Shown: positions 12,767 through 24,751 of the stretch, one piece after another
Layout: each line of letters starts with the position of its first letter
Numbering within the stretch: the first letter of the stretch is position 1
Source of the DNA: Camelus dromedarius
Taxonomy: Eukaryota
NCBI RefSeq assembly: GCF_036321535.1
Contig: NC_087438.1
Span: 2,172,001 to 2,236,000 of the forward strand
DNA: 64,000 bases
Direction of reading: 5' to 3'
Position numbers and translations under genes: made by a program
The notes under the pieces: generated by a model
Seen by the model: only the letters and a program-made list of their open reading frames with translations
What the model was told of the DNA's origin: nothing
The model's database searches: none

Positions 12767-15700
12767 TTTGAACAATCACACACAAGACACTTGTCACACA
12801 CCAGTAGGGCTGGAGTCTCCACCACCTACCGCATTAATCACCAAGCGCTTATCATCAAGCATCAATTGTCCAAGCAAGGTGGCGTGGGAGCTTTCCTCTC
12901 CCTCCAGCCGCACAGACGAGGAAGCACCATCTCTGCCTGATCAGGTATCATTGCCAAGGTGCAGCCTGTATCATGTTTTCTTTAGAAGCATCTGTAATTA
13001 CTAAGATTACAAAGATAAATAAACAGCACTGTACACACTGGGCTTTACTTGGCTTTGAAACCAGAAACTGGTCAACTGAAAAGCAATCCTTGCTCTGTTT
13101 CCACATAGTCATCATGTGTGCCAATTACTGCCTCTCCGTGAACCCCAGACCTTTTTTATAAAATGCATAGTGCTTCTCTTGAGCCTGCCAGAGGAGTAAT
13201 TGAGGCTGGAGCGTGCTAATGTTGACAGTTCTCTGGGTAAGTCCTGTACCGTCAGAGACAATAGAATCCTAGTGTAAACCCAGTGGCCTTTCTCACCCTC
13301 AGTCAGCTCCAGGCATCTTATCTACTCAGAGATAAAACAAACGAGATAAGAGCTGAATGCATTAAGAATTTGTTGACTAAAAGGCTAGCATCTTATCTAA
13401 ACCAGGTGACGCGCATTGAGCCCATTTAAGGGAGGGAAACGGGTGAATGATGCAAGTGGCATCTCATTGAGCAAACGTGAAATTTCACCCCAAATATCAT
13501 CCAGGACCAAAATCATTCGTCTTAGACTCACAAACCTAGTAGAGCCAAGAGGAAGCTCAGAGATGAACAGAATTTAGACTCATGGTTTATAACTGCATAA
13601 AATGAGTCACGGAGAAGCTAAACAATTGTTTCAAATTCACAGGAAATGACCACGTTTTGGTGCCTTCTGGTGGACAGCCTGCCATTTGGCTCCTGCGCCT
13701 GCCCTGCTGTGAGGATGTTATCACTGCCTTCCTTTCCGCACCTTGGCCCATCTGGGTGTGTTGTAGGCACACCACCCACATTCCACTTAATGAGGGGAGT
13801 AAGTCAGAAAAATGTCCCTATTGACGATCTGTTTTTGGTGGAGTCCTGGATCTCAGAGTCTCATTCATGACATCGATGCGCAGCATTGCTCTTGACTCAG
13901 ACAGATAATTCACTTCGAGGGAAGGAGAGAGTCAGCCCCCCTCCAAGCTGCGGGCCACGAATGCAGCCCGTGACGGAAGCCACCAGACCCCACTCGGGGA
14001 GACTAAGCCCTCGTCGGCCGTGGTGTTAAAAGGTGATAAGCAGACGAACCGTTGAGCTATTGTCAGGCTTTCAAAGTTTTAGGATGAAAGTTTATGTGCT
14101 TAAGGTAATCAATCTGTTCTCCCGCAGCCCTCGGTGATGTCGCCCCCATCGTCAAAGGAGACCCCCGGGACCGACGGCTGGCCGCACCCATAATGAGGCA
14201 CTTCATCCAGGAGCAGCTGTCGCCTCACCTGTTTCCCAGCCCATCCGAAGGCCGGAGAAATTCTCCAATTTAGCAAGCAAACTTAAGTCATTATTAGAAA
14301 TGACAGGGAAACCTGATGAAATTGTACTTTCAATTGGAAAACAAAATTGCAATCAGACCAACATGATTTCCTCCTGGTCTGACCATGCTAATGCCAGCCG
14401 AGACATGAGCACATGTATTTAAAAGTCATCATGGCGCATTACCATGCGATCTCCTTTCACTGGCCCTTATTAATATAAAACTTCAATTTGCATGTAAATG
14501 TGGTCAACTTTCATATCATCAAAATACATGAGGCCTGGGAAAGTAATGAATTGAAGTTGGATGCAGCAATTACTGACGTTTATAAAGAATTTTAAAGAGG
14601 TCAGTCTAGCCTTGGCTCAGAAAATGAGGAAATCAACAGGGAATATTGTCAATATAGCAACCGGGGGAGTTGGAGTCAGTCCCAGGTGCTGGGAGCGAGA
14701 TGATGATTAATAGAGAGGCTCGGAGCTGCCCCCGCCCGGGAGGGCTCGGCTGGACCCCCGGCCGGCGCGGCGCGCCATGAAAGGTTCTTGCTGGGTCCTC
14801 TCGAGCTCCTTGCAGGGCGATCCGGGGGGAATAAAGTAGCAAGTGTTTATGCGCGAGAGCAGGGCTGAAGGTTTAATTGGGCTGGCTCTCCTTTCAGCTC
14901 CCTTCAGTAGCTGATGTGCAGTTTAACCTTTCTCCCCACCTCAGACACTCCAGAGCAGCGGGGATTTTAATAAGGCCCTCGCATCAGGGCTCCGCTAAAC
15001 ATTGACTTAGTTGCTAAATTGAGTTAAACTGCCTTAGTGTGTTGTAACGGCAATTTAGAAGTTGCTAGATTTTTTTTTAAAAACAGAAATATTTATCCCG
15101 GCTGCATGTTTCATAGTCTCCCAACCACGTGGAGTGATTTTTTTTTGGGGGGGGTGTCCTTTGCCTATTTGTACAAACGTTAACAGGCAACATAATTTTA
15201 AACCTGCTCAGAAAAATCAATGCAAAGGTAGAAATACCACTCTCATTTTGGAGAATTTTATTGCACACCAGGCAGGGTGGGAGAAGCTCCTCTGAACGCA
15301 CCAGCCGTGTGTACACGATGGAACATGACCAGTCAGAGCCTCCCCAGGTTTCAGAGAAGGAGAGAAATCACACGGCCTCTGGCAGAACAGGGGCGGCCGT
15401 GGAGAGCGGCCGGACACGCGGGCTGGGCGGGGCAGCGCGGGCTGTGCTCCGGCTTTTCTCCGTCTGCTCTTTGTGGCCTCCCACTTTGCACCTCTTCCTC
15501 GTTTCACGATTTAAGGGGCATCTACAAACCTATTAAAATCCCGGCCACCTTAGAATCACATAGACCTTTATGGCATGCTCGGTTCAAGGGAAAGCCTGTG
15601 TCTGGCCCTCCCTGTGCTCGGTTTGGTGGTTTCCCCCTTGGGCAGACACGGTCTTTCTTACACCAGGTTCCTCACTTGGCATTTTGTTGTCTCCATGGCC

Positions 15701-16199
15701 ATTTTAAAGAAATGTCTGGCTTTTTACTATTTCTTCCTTCCTGAGAGTGCACGTAAACACGGCCGCTCGGCTGCCTTTAGAGCTGCATAGATCCACCCCG
15801 CTGACAGGTGTATCCATCATCATTGAAACCGAGGGCCCAGGTACCATCGCCCTCAGTGTAGGAGCCGGCAAATGTAACCTGAATAGAGCACCCACCTGTG
15901 AGGACCTAATTATCACCAGTCACCCCTTTAACTACTAGCAGTGTTTTAAATATTTAGAAGAAAGCTCTTTCCTTCCAGTTAATAAGCAGAGTTCCTTTCT
16001 CCCAAGAACTCTGGTAAATGGATAAAATCAGGGACATTTATTGAGCAGGGAAAAGACCAGCCAAGTGCTGGGAGCATCCTTCAAGCCTGGACTTTGGATG
16101 CACGTGTCTGAAAGGGCATTTCCCCAAGGCTTTAAGATCAAATGTGTGTTTCTCACACTTATTGTCTCATTTATGAACCGTATCTAAGTGCGTTGTATG

Positions 16200-17213
16200 T
16201 TATTTATTTTTCATTGAGATATAATTGACATAAAGCAGTGTGTAAGTTTAAGGTGCACAATGTGTTGATTTCACACATATATATCTTGCAATATGATTGC
16301 CACCGCAGTGTGAGCTAACGCCTCCACCCTGTCACGTAATTATCATTTCTTTTTTTTGTGGTGAGAGCAATTAAGAGCTAGTCCATCAACAGCTGACTGG
16401 ATAAAGAAGTTGTGGTGTATTTATACAATGGAATAGTACTCAGCCATAAAAAAAGAATAGAATCATGCCATTTGCAGCAACACAGATGGACCTGGAGATT
16501 GTCATACTAAGTGAAGTAAGCCAGAAAGAGACTCACTTACAGTATACATAAGGTATCATTTATATGTGGAATCTAAAAAAAAAAGACACAAACAAACATA
16601 TTTACAAAACAGAAATGGACTCTCAGACATAGAGAACAAACTTATGGTTACCAAGGGGTAAAAGCGGTAGGAAGGGATAAATTGGGAGTTTGAAATTTGC
16701 ACCTCTTGGAGAGTGATGGAAATGTTAGCTATGTTGATTGTGGTGGTGGTTTCATGGGCATATACATCTATCAAAATTCGTCAAATTGTAAACATGAAAT
16801 ATGTGTAATTTACTGTACAGGAATCATACCATGATAAATGTGCTAAAAAATAACATAAAATAAAGTAAAAGCCCAACAAATTTTGAAAAAAAGGAAAAAG
16901 ATCTAGTCTCTTAGAAACTTTGAAGCTTCTAATGCAGATTGTTGACAACAATCACTATGTTATGCATTAGCCCTCCTGAGCTAGTTCTAAATTTGTACTT
17001 TAAGTATCATCTTCCCGCTTCCCCACCCCAGCACTTGGTAACCACGACTCTACTCTGTTTTTGTGAGTTTGGCTCTTTTAGATCCCACCTGTTAGTGACA
17101 TCATACAGAATTTTTCTTTCCCTGTCTGACTTACCTCGCTTAGATAATAACTTCAAGGTCCATCTATGTTTTTGCAGATACCAAAATCCCATTCTTTTTT
17201 ATGGCTGAATAGC

Positions 17214-17215
<2 letters not shown>
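16200..17215 (-). mobile_element. LINE-1 3' UTR (host element, interrupted at 16384-16897)
   Basis: 'ttgagatataattgacata...gtaagtttaaggtgcacaatgtgttgattt' and 'ttggtaaccac...tttagatcccac...tttttatggctgaatag' are antisense L1 3' UTR. Confidence 0.8.
16384..16897 (+). mobile_element. 5'-truncated L1 insertion nested in an older L1, with TSD
   Basis: ORF2 C-terminus and 3' UTR ('tggataaagaagttgtgg...atggacctggagattgtcatactaagtgaagtaagccag'), A-rich tail, flanked by aagagctagtc (16373-16383) and aagatctagtc (16898-16908). Confidence 0.85.

Positions 17216-17253
<38 letters not shown>
17216..17253. repeat. (TG)n microsatellite
   Basis: Uninterrupted TG dinucleotide run. Confidence 0.97.
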
Positions 17254-17254
<1 letters not shown>

Positions 17255-19615
17255 TAGTTCTGGTTTTAGTTTTTTTAGGGAACCTCAATACTGCTTTCCA
17301 TAGTGGCTGCACAAATTTACATTCCCAACAATAGTGGGTTATTTATTTTTTGATATTGATCTGTATGAGCTGTTTATATATTTTGGATAGTAACCCTTGT
17401 CAGTCATATCATTTGCAAATATTTTATCCCATTCTGTATATTGTCTTTTTCATTTTGTTGATGGTTTCCTTTGCTGTGCAAAAGCTTTTAAGTTTTATTA
17501 GATCCCATTTATTTATTATTGATTTTGTTTCCTTTGCCTTAAGAGACAGATCCCCCCCCCCAGAAAAAAAAATACTACTGTAAATTATGTCAGAGTGTTT
17601 TGTGGTTTCCAGTCTTACATTTAGATCTTCAATCCATTATGAGTTTACTTTTGTATACGGTGTAGGAAAATGTTCTAATTTTATTCTTTTACAGGTAGCT
17701 GTCCAGGTTTCCCGGCACCACTTACTGAAGAGACTGTCTTTTCTCCATTGTATATTCTTTCCTCCTTTGTCATAGATTAATTGACCCATGAGTGTGTGGG
17801 TTTACTTATGGACCTTCTATCCTGTTTCATTGATCTATGTGTCTGTTTTTGTGTCAGTATCATTCTGTTTTGATTACTATAACTTTGTAGTATATAGTGT
17901 AGTCTGAAGTCAGGCATGTGATTCCTCCAGCTCTGTTCTTCTTTCTCAAGATTGTTTTGGCTATTCAGGTTCTTTTATATTTTCATTAAAATTTTAAAGC
18001 ATTTGTTCTACTTCTGTGAAAAATGCCACTGGTATTTTGATAAGGATGGAACTGAATCTGTAGATTGCCTTGGGTAGTATATTCATTTTAACAATAGTAA
18101 ATCTTTCAGTCCATGAATGTGGTATGTCTTCCCAGATGTTTGTGTCATCATCAATTTCTCTCACTAGTGTTTTATAGATTTCTGAGTTTTATAGATTTTT
18201 ATCTACTTGGATAGGTTTATTCCTAGTTATTTTATTCTTCCTGATGCAATTGTAAATGGGATTATTTCCTTAATTTCTCTTTTTGATAGTTTGGTTTTAG
18301 TATATAGAAATGCAACAGATTTCTGTATATTAATTATGTATCCTGCAATTTTTACTGAATTCATTCATGAACTCAAATAGTTTTTTGGTAGCATCTTTAG
18401 GATTTTCTACAGAGGGTATCATGTCATTTGCAAACAGTGTCAGTTTTACTTCTTCCTTTCCAATTTGAATTCCTTTTATTTATTTTTCTTGTCTGATTGC
18501 TATGACTAGAACTTTCAATACTATGTTGGATAAAAGTGGCAAGAGTAGTTATCCTTGTCTTGTTCCTGATTTTAGAGGAAATGCTTTCAGCTTCTCAACG
18601 TTGAATCTAACGTTAGCTGTGGGTTTGTCATATATGGTCTTTATTATGTTGAGGTATATTCCCTCTGTACCCACTTTTTTAAAATCATAAATGGATGTTG
18701 AATTTTGTCAAAAGCTATTTCTGCATCTATTGAGATGATAATATGTTTTTCATTCTTCAGTTTGTTAATATGATGTATCACATTGATTGATTCGCATATA
18801 TTGAACCATCCTTGCATCCCTGGGATGAATCCCACTTGATCACGTGTATGATCCTTTTAACGTATCATTGGATTCGGCTTGCTGATATTTTGTTAAGGAT
18901 TTCTGCATCTGTGCTCATCAGTAATATTGACCTATGATTTTCTTTTTTTGTATTATCTTTGTCTGGTTTTACTATCAGGGTGATGGTGGCCTCACAGAAT
19001 GAGTTCAGAAGTGTTTCTTCCTCTGCAGATTTTTGAAATAGTTTTAGGAGTATAGCCATTTACTCTTCTTTAAATATTTGGTAGAATTCACCTGTGAAGC
19101 CATTTGGTCCTGGACTTTTGTTTGTTGGCAGGTTTTAAATCACAGATTCAATTTTGGTACTGATAATTGGTCTGTTCATATATTCTATTTTGTCTTGGTT
19201 CTTTCTTGAGAGATTTTACATTTCTAGGAATGTGTTCATTTCTTCTAGACTCTCCATTTTATTGGCACATTATTGTTTGTAATGACCTCTTATGATCCTT
19301 TTCATTTCTGTAGTGTCAGCTGTAACTTCTCCTTTTTCATTTCTGATTTTGTTGACTTGGGTTCTCTCATTTTTCTTTTTCCTTGATGAGTTTGTCTAAA
19401 GGTTATCAATTTTGTTTATCTTTTTAAAGAATAAGATGTTTGTTTAATTGATCTTTTCAATTGTGTTTTTAGTATCTACTTCACTTATTTCTGCACTGAA
19501 CTTTATGATATCTTTCCTTCTACTGATTTTTTTGTTGTTCTTCTTCTTTTTTCTAATTCCTTTAGGTGTAATATTAGTTTGTTTATTTGACTTTTTCTTG
19601 TTTCCTGTGGTAAGC
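17254..19615 (-). mobile_element. LINE-1 ORF2 remnant (RT domain), antisense, with stops, frameshifts and deletions
   Basis: Minus-strand ORFs '[50 protein letters not shown]' and '[52 protein letters not shown]' are canonical L1 ORF2. Confidence 0.95.
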
Positions 19616-20960
19616 TACTCCCTTCTCATCAGCAGAGCTATTTGCTCCAGGGTCCCCCTCTATGTGGGCTGCATGGATTCTTCTGTTGTGGAAGGCTGAC
19701 TACTGTTAGTGGGCTGGTAGGTTTGGCAGGTCCCAGGTCAGGTTGGTTGTTGGGCCCTGTCTTGTGTGGAGGCTGCTGGCCACTGCTTGGAGGGCCCAGG
19801 TCACATGGTGTCTGGCTGTAAAAACCTGGGGGACCCAGGGCTAGTGCTGGCTCACTGGTGGGTGGAGTCTGGGATCAAGAAATCCTGGGGCTGGTGTCTG
19901 CCCACTAATGGAAGAAGCCAGGTCTTAGGTCTAGTGTTGGTCCACTGGCAAGCAGAATTGGGTCCTGGGGTCCGGCTGCAGGGACCAGGGGTCCCAGAGC
20001 TGGTGTTGGCCTGCTTGTGGGGTTTAATGGGTCCTGCCACAGCAGGCTGTGGTACTGTGGTTTTCCTGGGGCTGGTGTCTGCCCACTGGTGGGTGAGGCT
20101 GGTCCTGGGGTCTCTGGCTGCAGGACCCTGGGGGTCCCAGCTCTAGTGCCTGTGCACTGGTGTGTGGGGCCAGGTCCTGGGCCCTCTGTTGGGCAGGGCT
20201 GTGTTCAGGGGCAGCTGTGGGCTCAGAGGGTCTTAAGGCAGCCTGTCTCCTGGTGGATAGGGCTTTTTCCTTGCCCAGTTAGTTGACTGGTCAGTACTGG
20301 TTCCTACAGGCTAGAAGATGGGCATGGCTGGGTCCTGAAGATAATAAGCTAGAGGGAGGATTCCAAAATGGTACTTGTCAGCACCAGTGTCCAGGTGGTA
20401 GGAAGAGCTCCCAGAAATAGCTGCCATCAGTGTCTGTGTCCCCAGGGTGACCACCAGTTGCCTCCTGCCTTTCCCAGAGATTCTCCAAGGTCAGCTGGTA
20501 CGTCTGACCCAGGCTCCTATCAAATTCCTGCTTCTGCCCAGGGTCTTGGAGCATATAAGGTTTTGTGTGCATCCTTTAAGGGTAGAGTCTATTTCCCCCA
20601 GCTCTCTAGGACCCCCAAAAGTAAGCTCTGCTGGCCTTCAAAGCCAACATTCTATGGACTCATCCTCCTGGTGTAGGACCACCAGGCTGGGGAGCCCAAC
20701 ATGCTGCTCAGGCCCCTTGCTTCTTGGGGAACCTCTGCAGTGTAATTACTCTCCTGTCTGTGGGTCGCCCACCAGAGGGTGGGGGGTCTTGACTATCGCA
20801 GTTCTGCCACAATTATGGCTCCTTCTTTATATCTTTAGTTGTAGAAGATATTTTCTGGTAGATTCTGGTCTTTTTCATTGATAGTTGTTCTGTAAATAGT
20901 TATAGCTTTGGTGTGAGAGGAGGTCAGCTCAGGCTCTTTCTACTCTGCCATCCTGGGAAC
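19616..20960 (-). mobile_element. GC-rich LINE-1 5' UTR / internal promoter region
   Basis: Abuts the ORF2 remnant; contains degenerate internal repeats; the minus strand begins 'ccaggatggcagagtagaaag', resembling the YY1-site-bearing L1 start (AAGATGGC). Confidence 0.65.
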
Positions 20961-22929
20961 CCTCCTGTCCTGTCTTCTTGGTAACAGTCATTCTAACAGT
21001 GAAGGCCCCTTCAGTGACTCACTGTTCCTCAAATCTCACTGCCTCTGCTCAGATCAGCCCCACCTAAGATCTTCTAGACAGTCAGAATTCCTCCCTCCCT
21101 TCAATGAACTTCACTTGATTTAGAAATGTAGAAAATTCAATTAAAAATAAATAACCACTTTAAAAAATGTAGAAAATGTCTGCCTTCCTCAGGCTGTGTG
21201 ATATTTACGGCTTTCCTTGTCTGGTTTACTTTTCTCTTCCACATGGATAGACATGGTGTACAATTTGGGACTCACAAAACCATTTTGGCTACACAGAAGA
21301 AGTCATGGTTGATGCTTCAAGATCAATTAGAAGAGGAAAATGCAAGAAAATCTAATTATTGGGAGAATCAGATCAATTTGGGAGACCATTGGATTTCTGT
21401 AACTCTTTGTTTTTTTTCCTCTTGTCTAAAAAATCCCTAATTGTTAATACTACTAACTCAAATAAATCACTCAATCAGTTGTCCTGTTATGAAAATTTAC
21501 AAAGACCCATTCCACTTAAAATCATTCCTTACATTTTTAAGTTATGCACAGTCACAAATTTAAACCATTGCCCATGCTTGTACCTAGCACTTCACCTTTT
21601 ATTTCCTGATGGCATCCCCAGCACTCCAATGCCTCTATGTTTTATAAGCTGCTGTGCTTTCCATATACCGAGAAGAAGCCAGTATCCTGCAACTTTATAG
21701 CTATAGCGCAAAAGAAGAGGATGGAGCCAAGCTGTATATTTTTGATGTTTCTGTCAGGTACACAGCCCAAGATATACCCTGAAAAAGGCTGAAAGAAGTC
21801 TTTCTACTAACTGTGTACGAATCAGGCCAGCGTGTTCAGCCCCATCTTCAGAGCCCTTGCACCTGGCTCACTGTGAGCTCAAGGAGCCAATCAGGGCTGT
21901 GCCGACTCATAGGAAAAAGAAGTGTGCATTTCATTCTTGTTTTCTAACAAATGGATAAATAGCCAAAATTTATCCAAAGCCAAATTGAACTTTGGCACAA
22001 TAATCTACCCATTTGATTTTGAAGCTTAGTAGAGGAAATAAGAAATGTCACACATTGTTTTTTCAGGACTTCCATCCCTGCTGTGTTGTCTCTTAAAGAT
22101 GATATTCCATTTGAAATAGGGTCACATTCAGTTTATGTGCCCATCAGCCTAAGTTTTCCTTGTTTTGGTCTTTGAATCATTTGTTGAATTGTCTGGTGGA
22201 ACCATAGCTATACAGAAGAACTGATCAGATATTAACACACTGTATTGTAATGCATCATATCATGATGTAGCATTATAATGAGGGGGAGACTTTTGTGTTA
22301 AGCCCGGTAGAGCATGAAGTGGTAGCAATGGCTTAAATTACTCTTGGGTTGGCCAAGAGAAGATCCAAGACTGAAATATGGTCCCTCACTACTTGGGCTG
22401 AGGAGTGGAAACTGGTTTGCTGTCTGAGCCAAAGTGAAAGGCACATTTTTGACGACCGCCTTCCGCTGTGCAGCTCCTACAGGTGGGCTCCCTCCTCCCA
22501 GGCGCTAGGCTCCTGATCACAAGCCCAGGTTATCTGTGCCCCCAGGGACACTTTTATCTCCACAGACTCTGTCTAGGGAGACACAATCCACAGAGGGTAT
22601 TGGAGAGTCACACCCTTGCAATGATCTGCTTGCCCCGCAGAATGTCCAATGTCTCTCTCAGTTTGTGGTGCTGGCAGTGGCTAGAGAGCCAAGGTGCAGA
22701 GGGGAGACGGTGACCATCCTGTGACGTCTAAAACTAAGCAGCTGGCTGACAGGAGTCAGGGGAGCGGGAGAGATTAGACAGAAGTAGATTCACTGAAAGC
22801 CATTAAGGGGGAAACACACAGCCCGGAATCCAGAGCAAAGTGTGCGAGGGGAAGGAAAGCCATCAGTGACTTCCAGGAAATATGGGGACTGTCATTGCCG
22901 TGGCCTGGAAAGCAGCTGCCCACCTCATG

Positions 22930-23765
22930 GAGCAGTTTCCTACTTCTGCTGTAACAAGCGACCCCAAGCCTAGTGACTTAGAACAACACTGCTGTATTAT
23001 CTTGCAGTTCTGGAAGCCAGAAACCCACAGTGACTGTCCCTGGGAGAAAATCAAGGTGTCGGCAGGGCTGTTTTCCCTTCTGGAGGCTGCAGGGAGATTC
23101 TGCCTCCTTGCCTTGTTCCAATTTGTGAAGGTCGGTCCGAATGCTCTCCTCGGGCTGCTAAGCCAGCATCCCACAGACGGGGTGGTTGGCAAGCAGCAGA
23201 CGCGTCCTGCTCACAGTCCTGGAAGCTGGGGTTGACGGTCAGGACACCAGCAGGGGTGGGAGAGCGCCCTCCTCTGGATGGCAGACCTCCTGTGTCTTCA
23301 CAGGGCGGACAGGGCAGGGGAGCTGTGTGGGGTCACCTTCATAAGGGCACTAATCCCATTCACAGGGGCTCCACCCTCATGACCTAATCACCTCCCAAAG
23401 GCCCCCACCTCCTAATACAACCACCTGTGGAAGTTTAGGATTTCAACATATAAATCTGGGTGGGTGCAAATATTCAGATCATAGCACCCATCTTTCTTGG
23501 CTCACTGCACCTTTCCATCATCAAAGTCAGCAATCTCATCACTCCCACTGCTACTTCTGCTTTCACATCTCCTCTGAATCGGACTCTCCTGCCTCCCTCT
23601 TCACTTATAATGACCCTTATGATTATATTCAGCTCACTCAGAAACCCAGGATATCCAGATTAGTGGATAAGCAACCTTAGTTCCATCTGCAACCTTAATC
23701 CCTCTTGCTCTGATTTCCAGGGGTTAGAACGTAGACACCTTTTTGAGAGGCATTGTTCTGTCTCC
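22930..23765. mobile_element. MLT1 LTR with a second MLT1 LTR (~23125-23487) nested inside
   Basis: Outer: 'tgctgtaacaa...ttatcttgcagttctggaagccagaa...aaaatcaaggtgtcggcagggctg'; inner: 'ataagggcactaatcccattcac...ctccaccctcatgacctaatcacctcccaaaggccccc...tattcagatcatagca'; the outer element then resumes. Confidence 0.75.
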
Positions 23766-24144
23766 AGTCTCATCAAGTAAAGTACTGCTTCCTAGTTTGC
23801 CAGCTTCTACCACCTCAGGAGTCAAAGAGATCCTCATAAACTTCCCAGTTTACTGTTGCAGGGAAGGCTGAGTTCTTTGGGACCATTAGATGCATCTTCT
23901 AGTACATTCTACATGATCCTAGAAACTTGGTCAGTAAGGTAAAGGAAAACTTGACAGCGAGGTCTTTATACAATATTGATATCCTCATTGCAACTTGGTC
24001 TCAAAAACATCACTTTACCCCAGGACTAGGCACTCACCTCCATGCAGGAGACAAAGCACCTGTTCAGTTGAGTCAGTTGATATCAGCATGATGAGGGCAA
24101 GGCAGGGGAGTGGCTACAAGACTCCCGTAAGATCCAGTGGGGCC

Positions 24145-24390
24145 AGAATCATTGCCTAATTCACCGGGGATCTCCATTGTCCAGTAGTGCTAGGCACATA
24201 GCAGGAGCTCAGTAAACACTGGTTACTGGTTACCTAACCAAAGGCACATCGACAGGAGGTGGAGCTGGGTTGGATAGTATCTCTGTGATTACTGGGGAGC
24301 TATTGACCTCCCTGTGCTACAGTTTCTCATCTAAAAACTGGGGCTAATAAAAGAGTTCTTGTGTATGCAAATGAGCTCAATCACATAAAG
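24145..24390. mobile_element. L2 3' tail followed by a MIR fragment
   Basis: 'gtgctaggcacatagcaggagctcagtaaac' (L2 tail); 'cagtttctcatctaaaaactggggctaataa' (MIR core). Confidence 0.55.
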
Positions 24391-24480
24391 TTCTTCATGT
24401 GATGGGACCACCCAGGACGGCTTGCTCTTACGGTTCTCCACGGGGATGTCACTACTGAAGGGCAGGGTGGGAGAGTCTGC

Positions 24481-24751
<271 letters not shown>

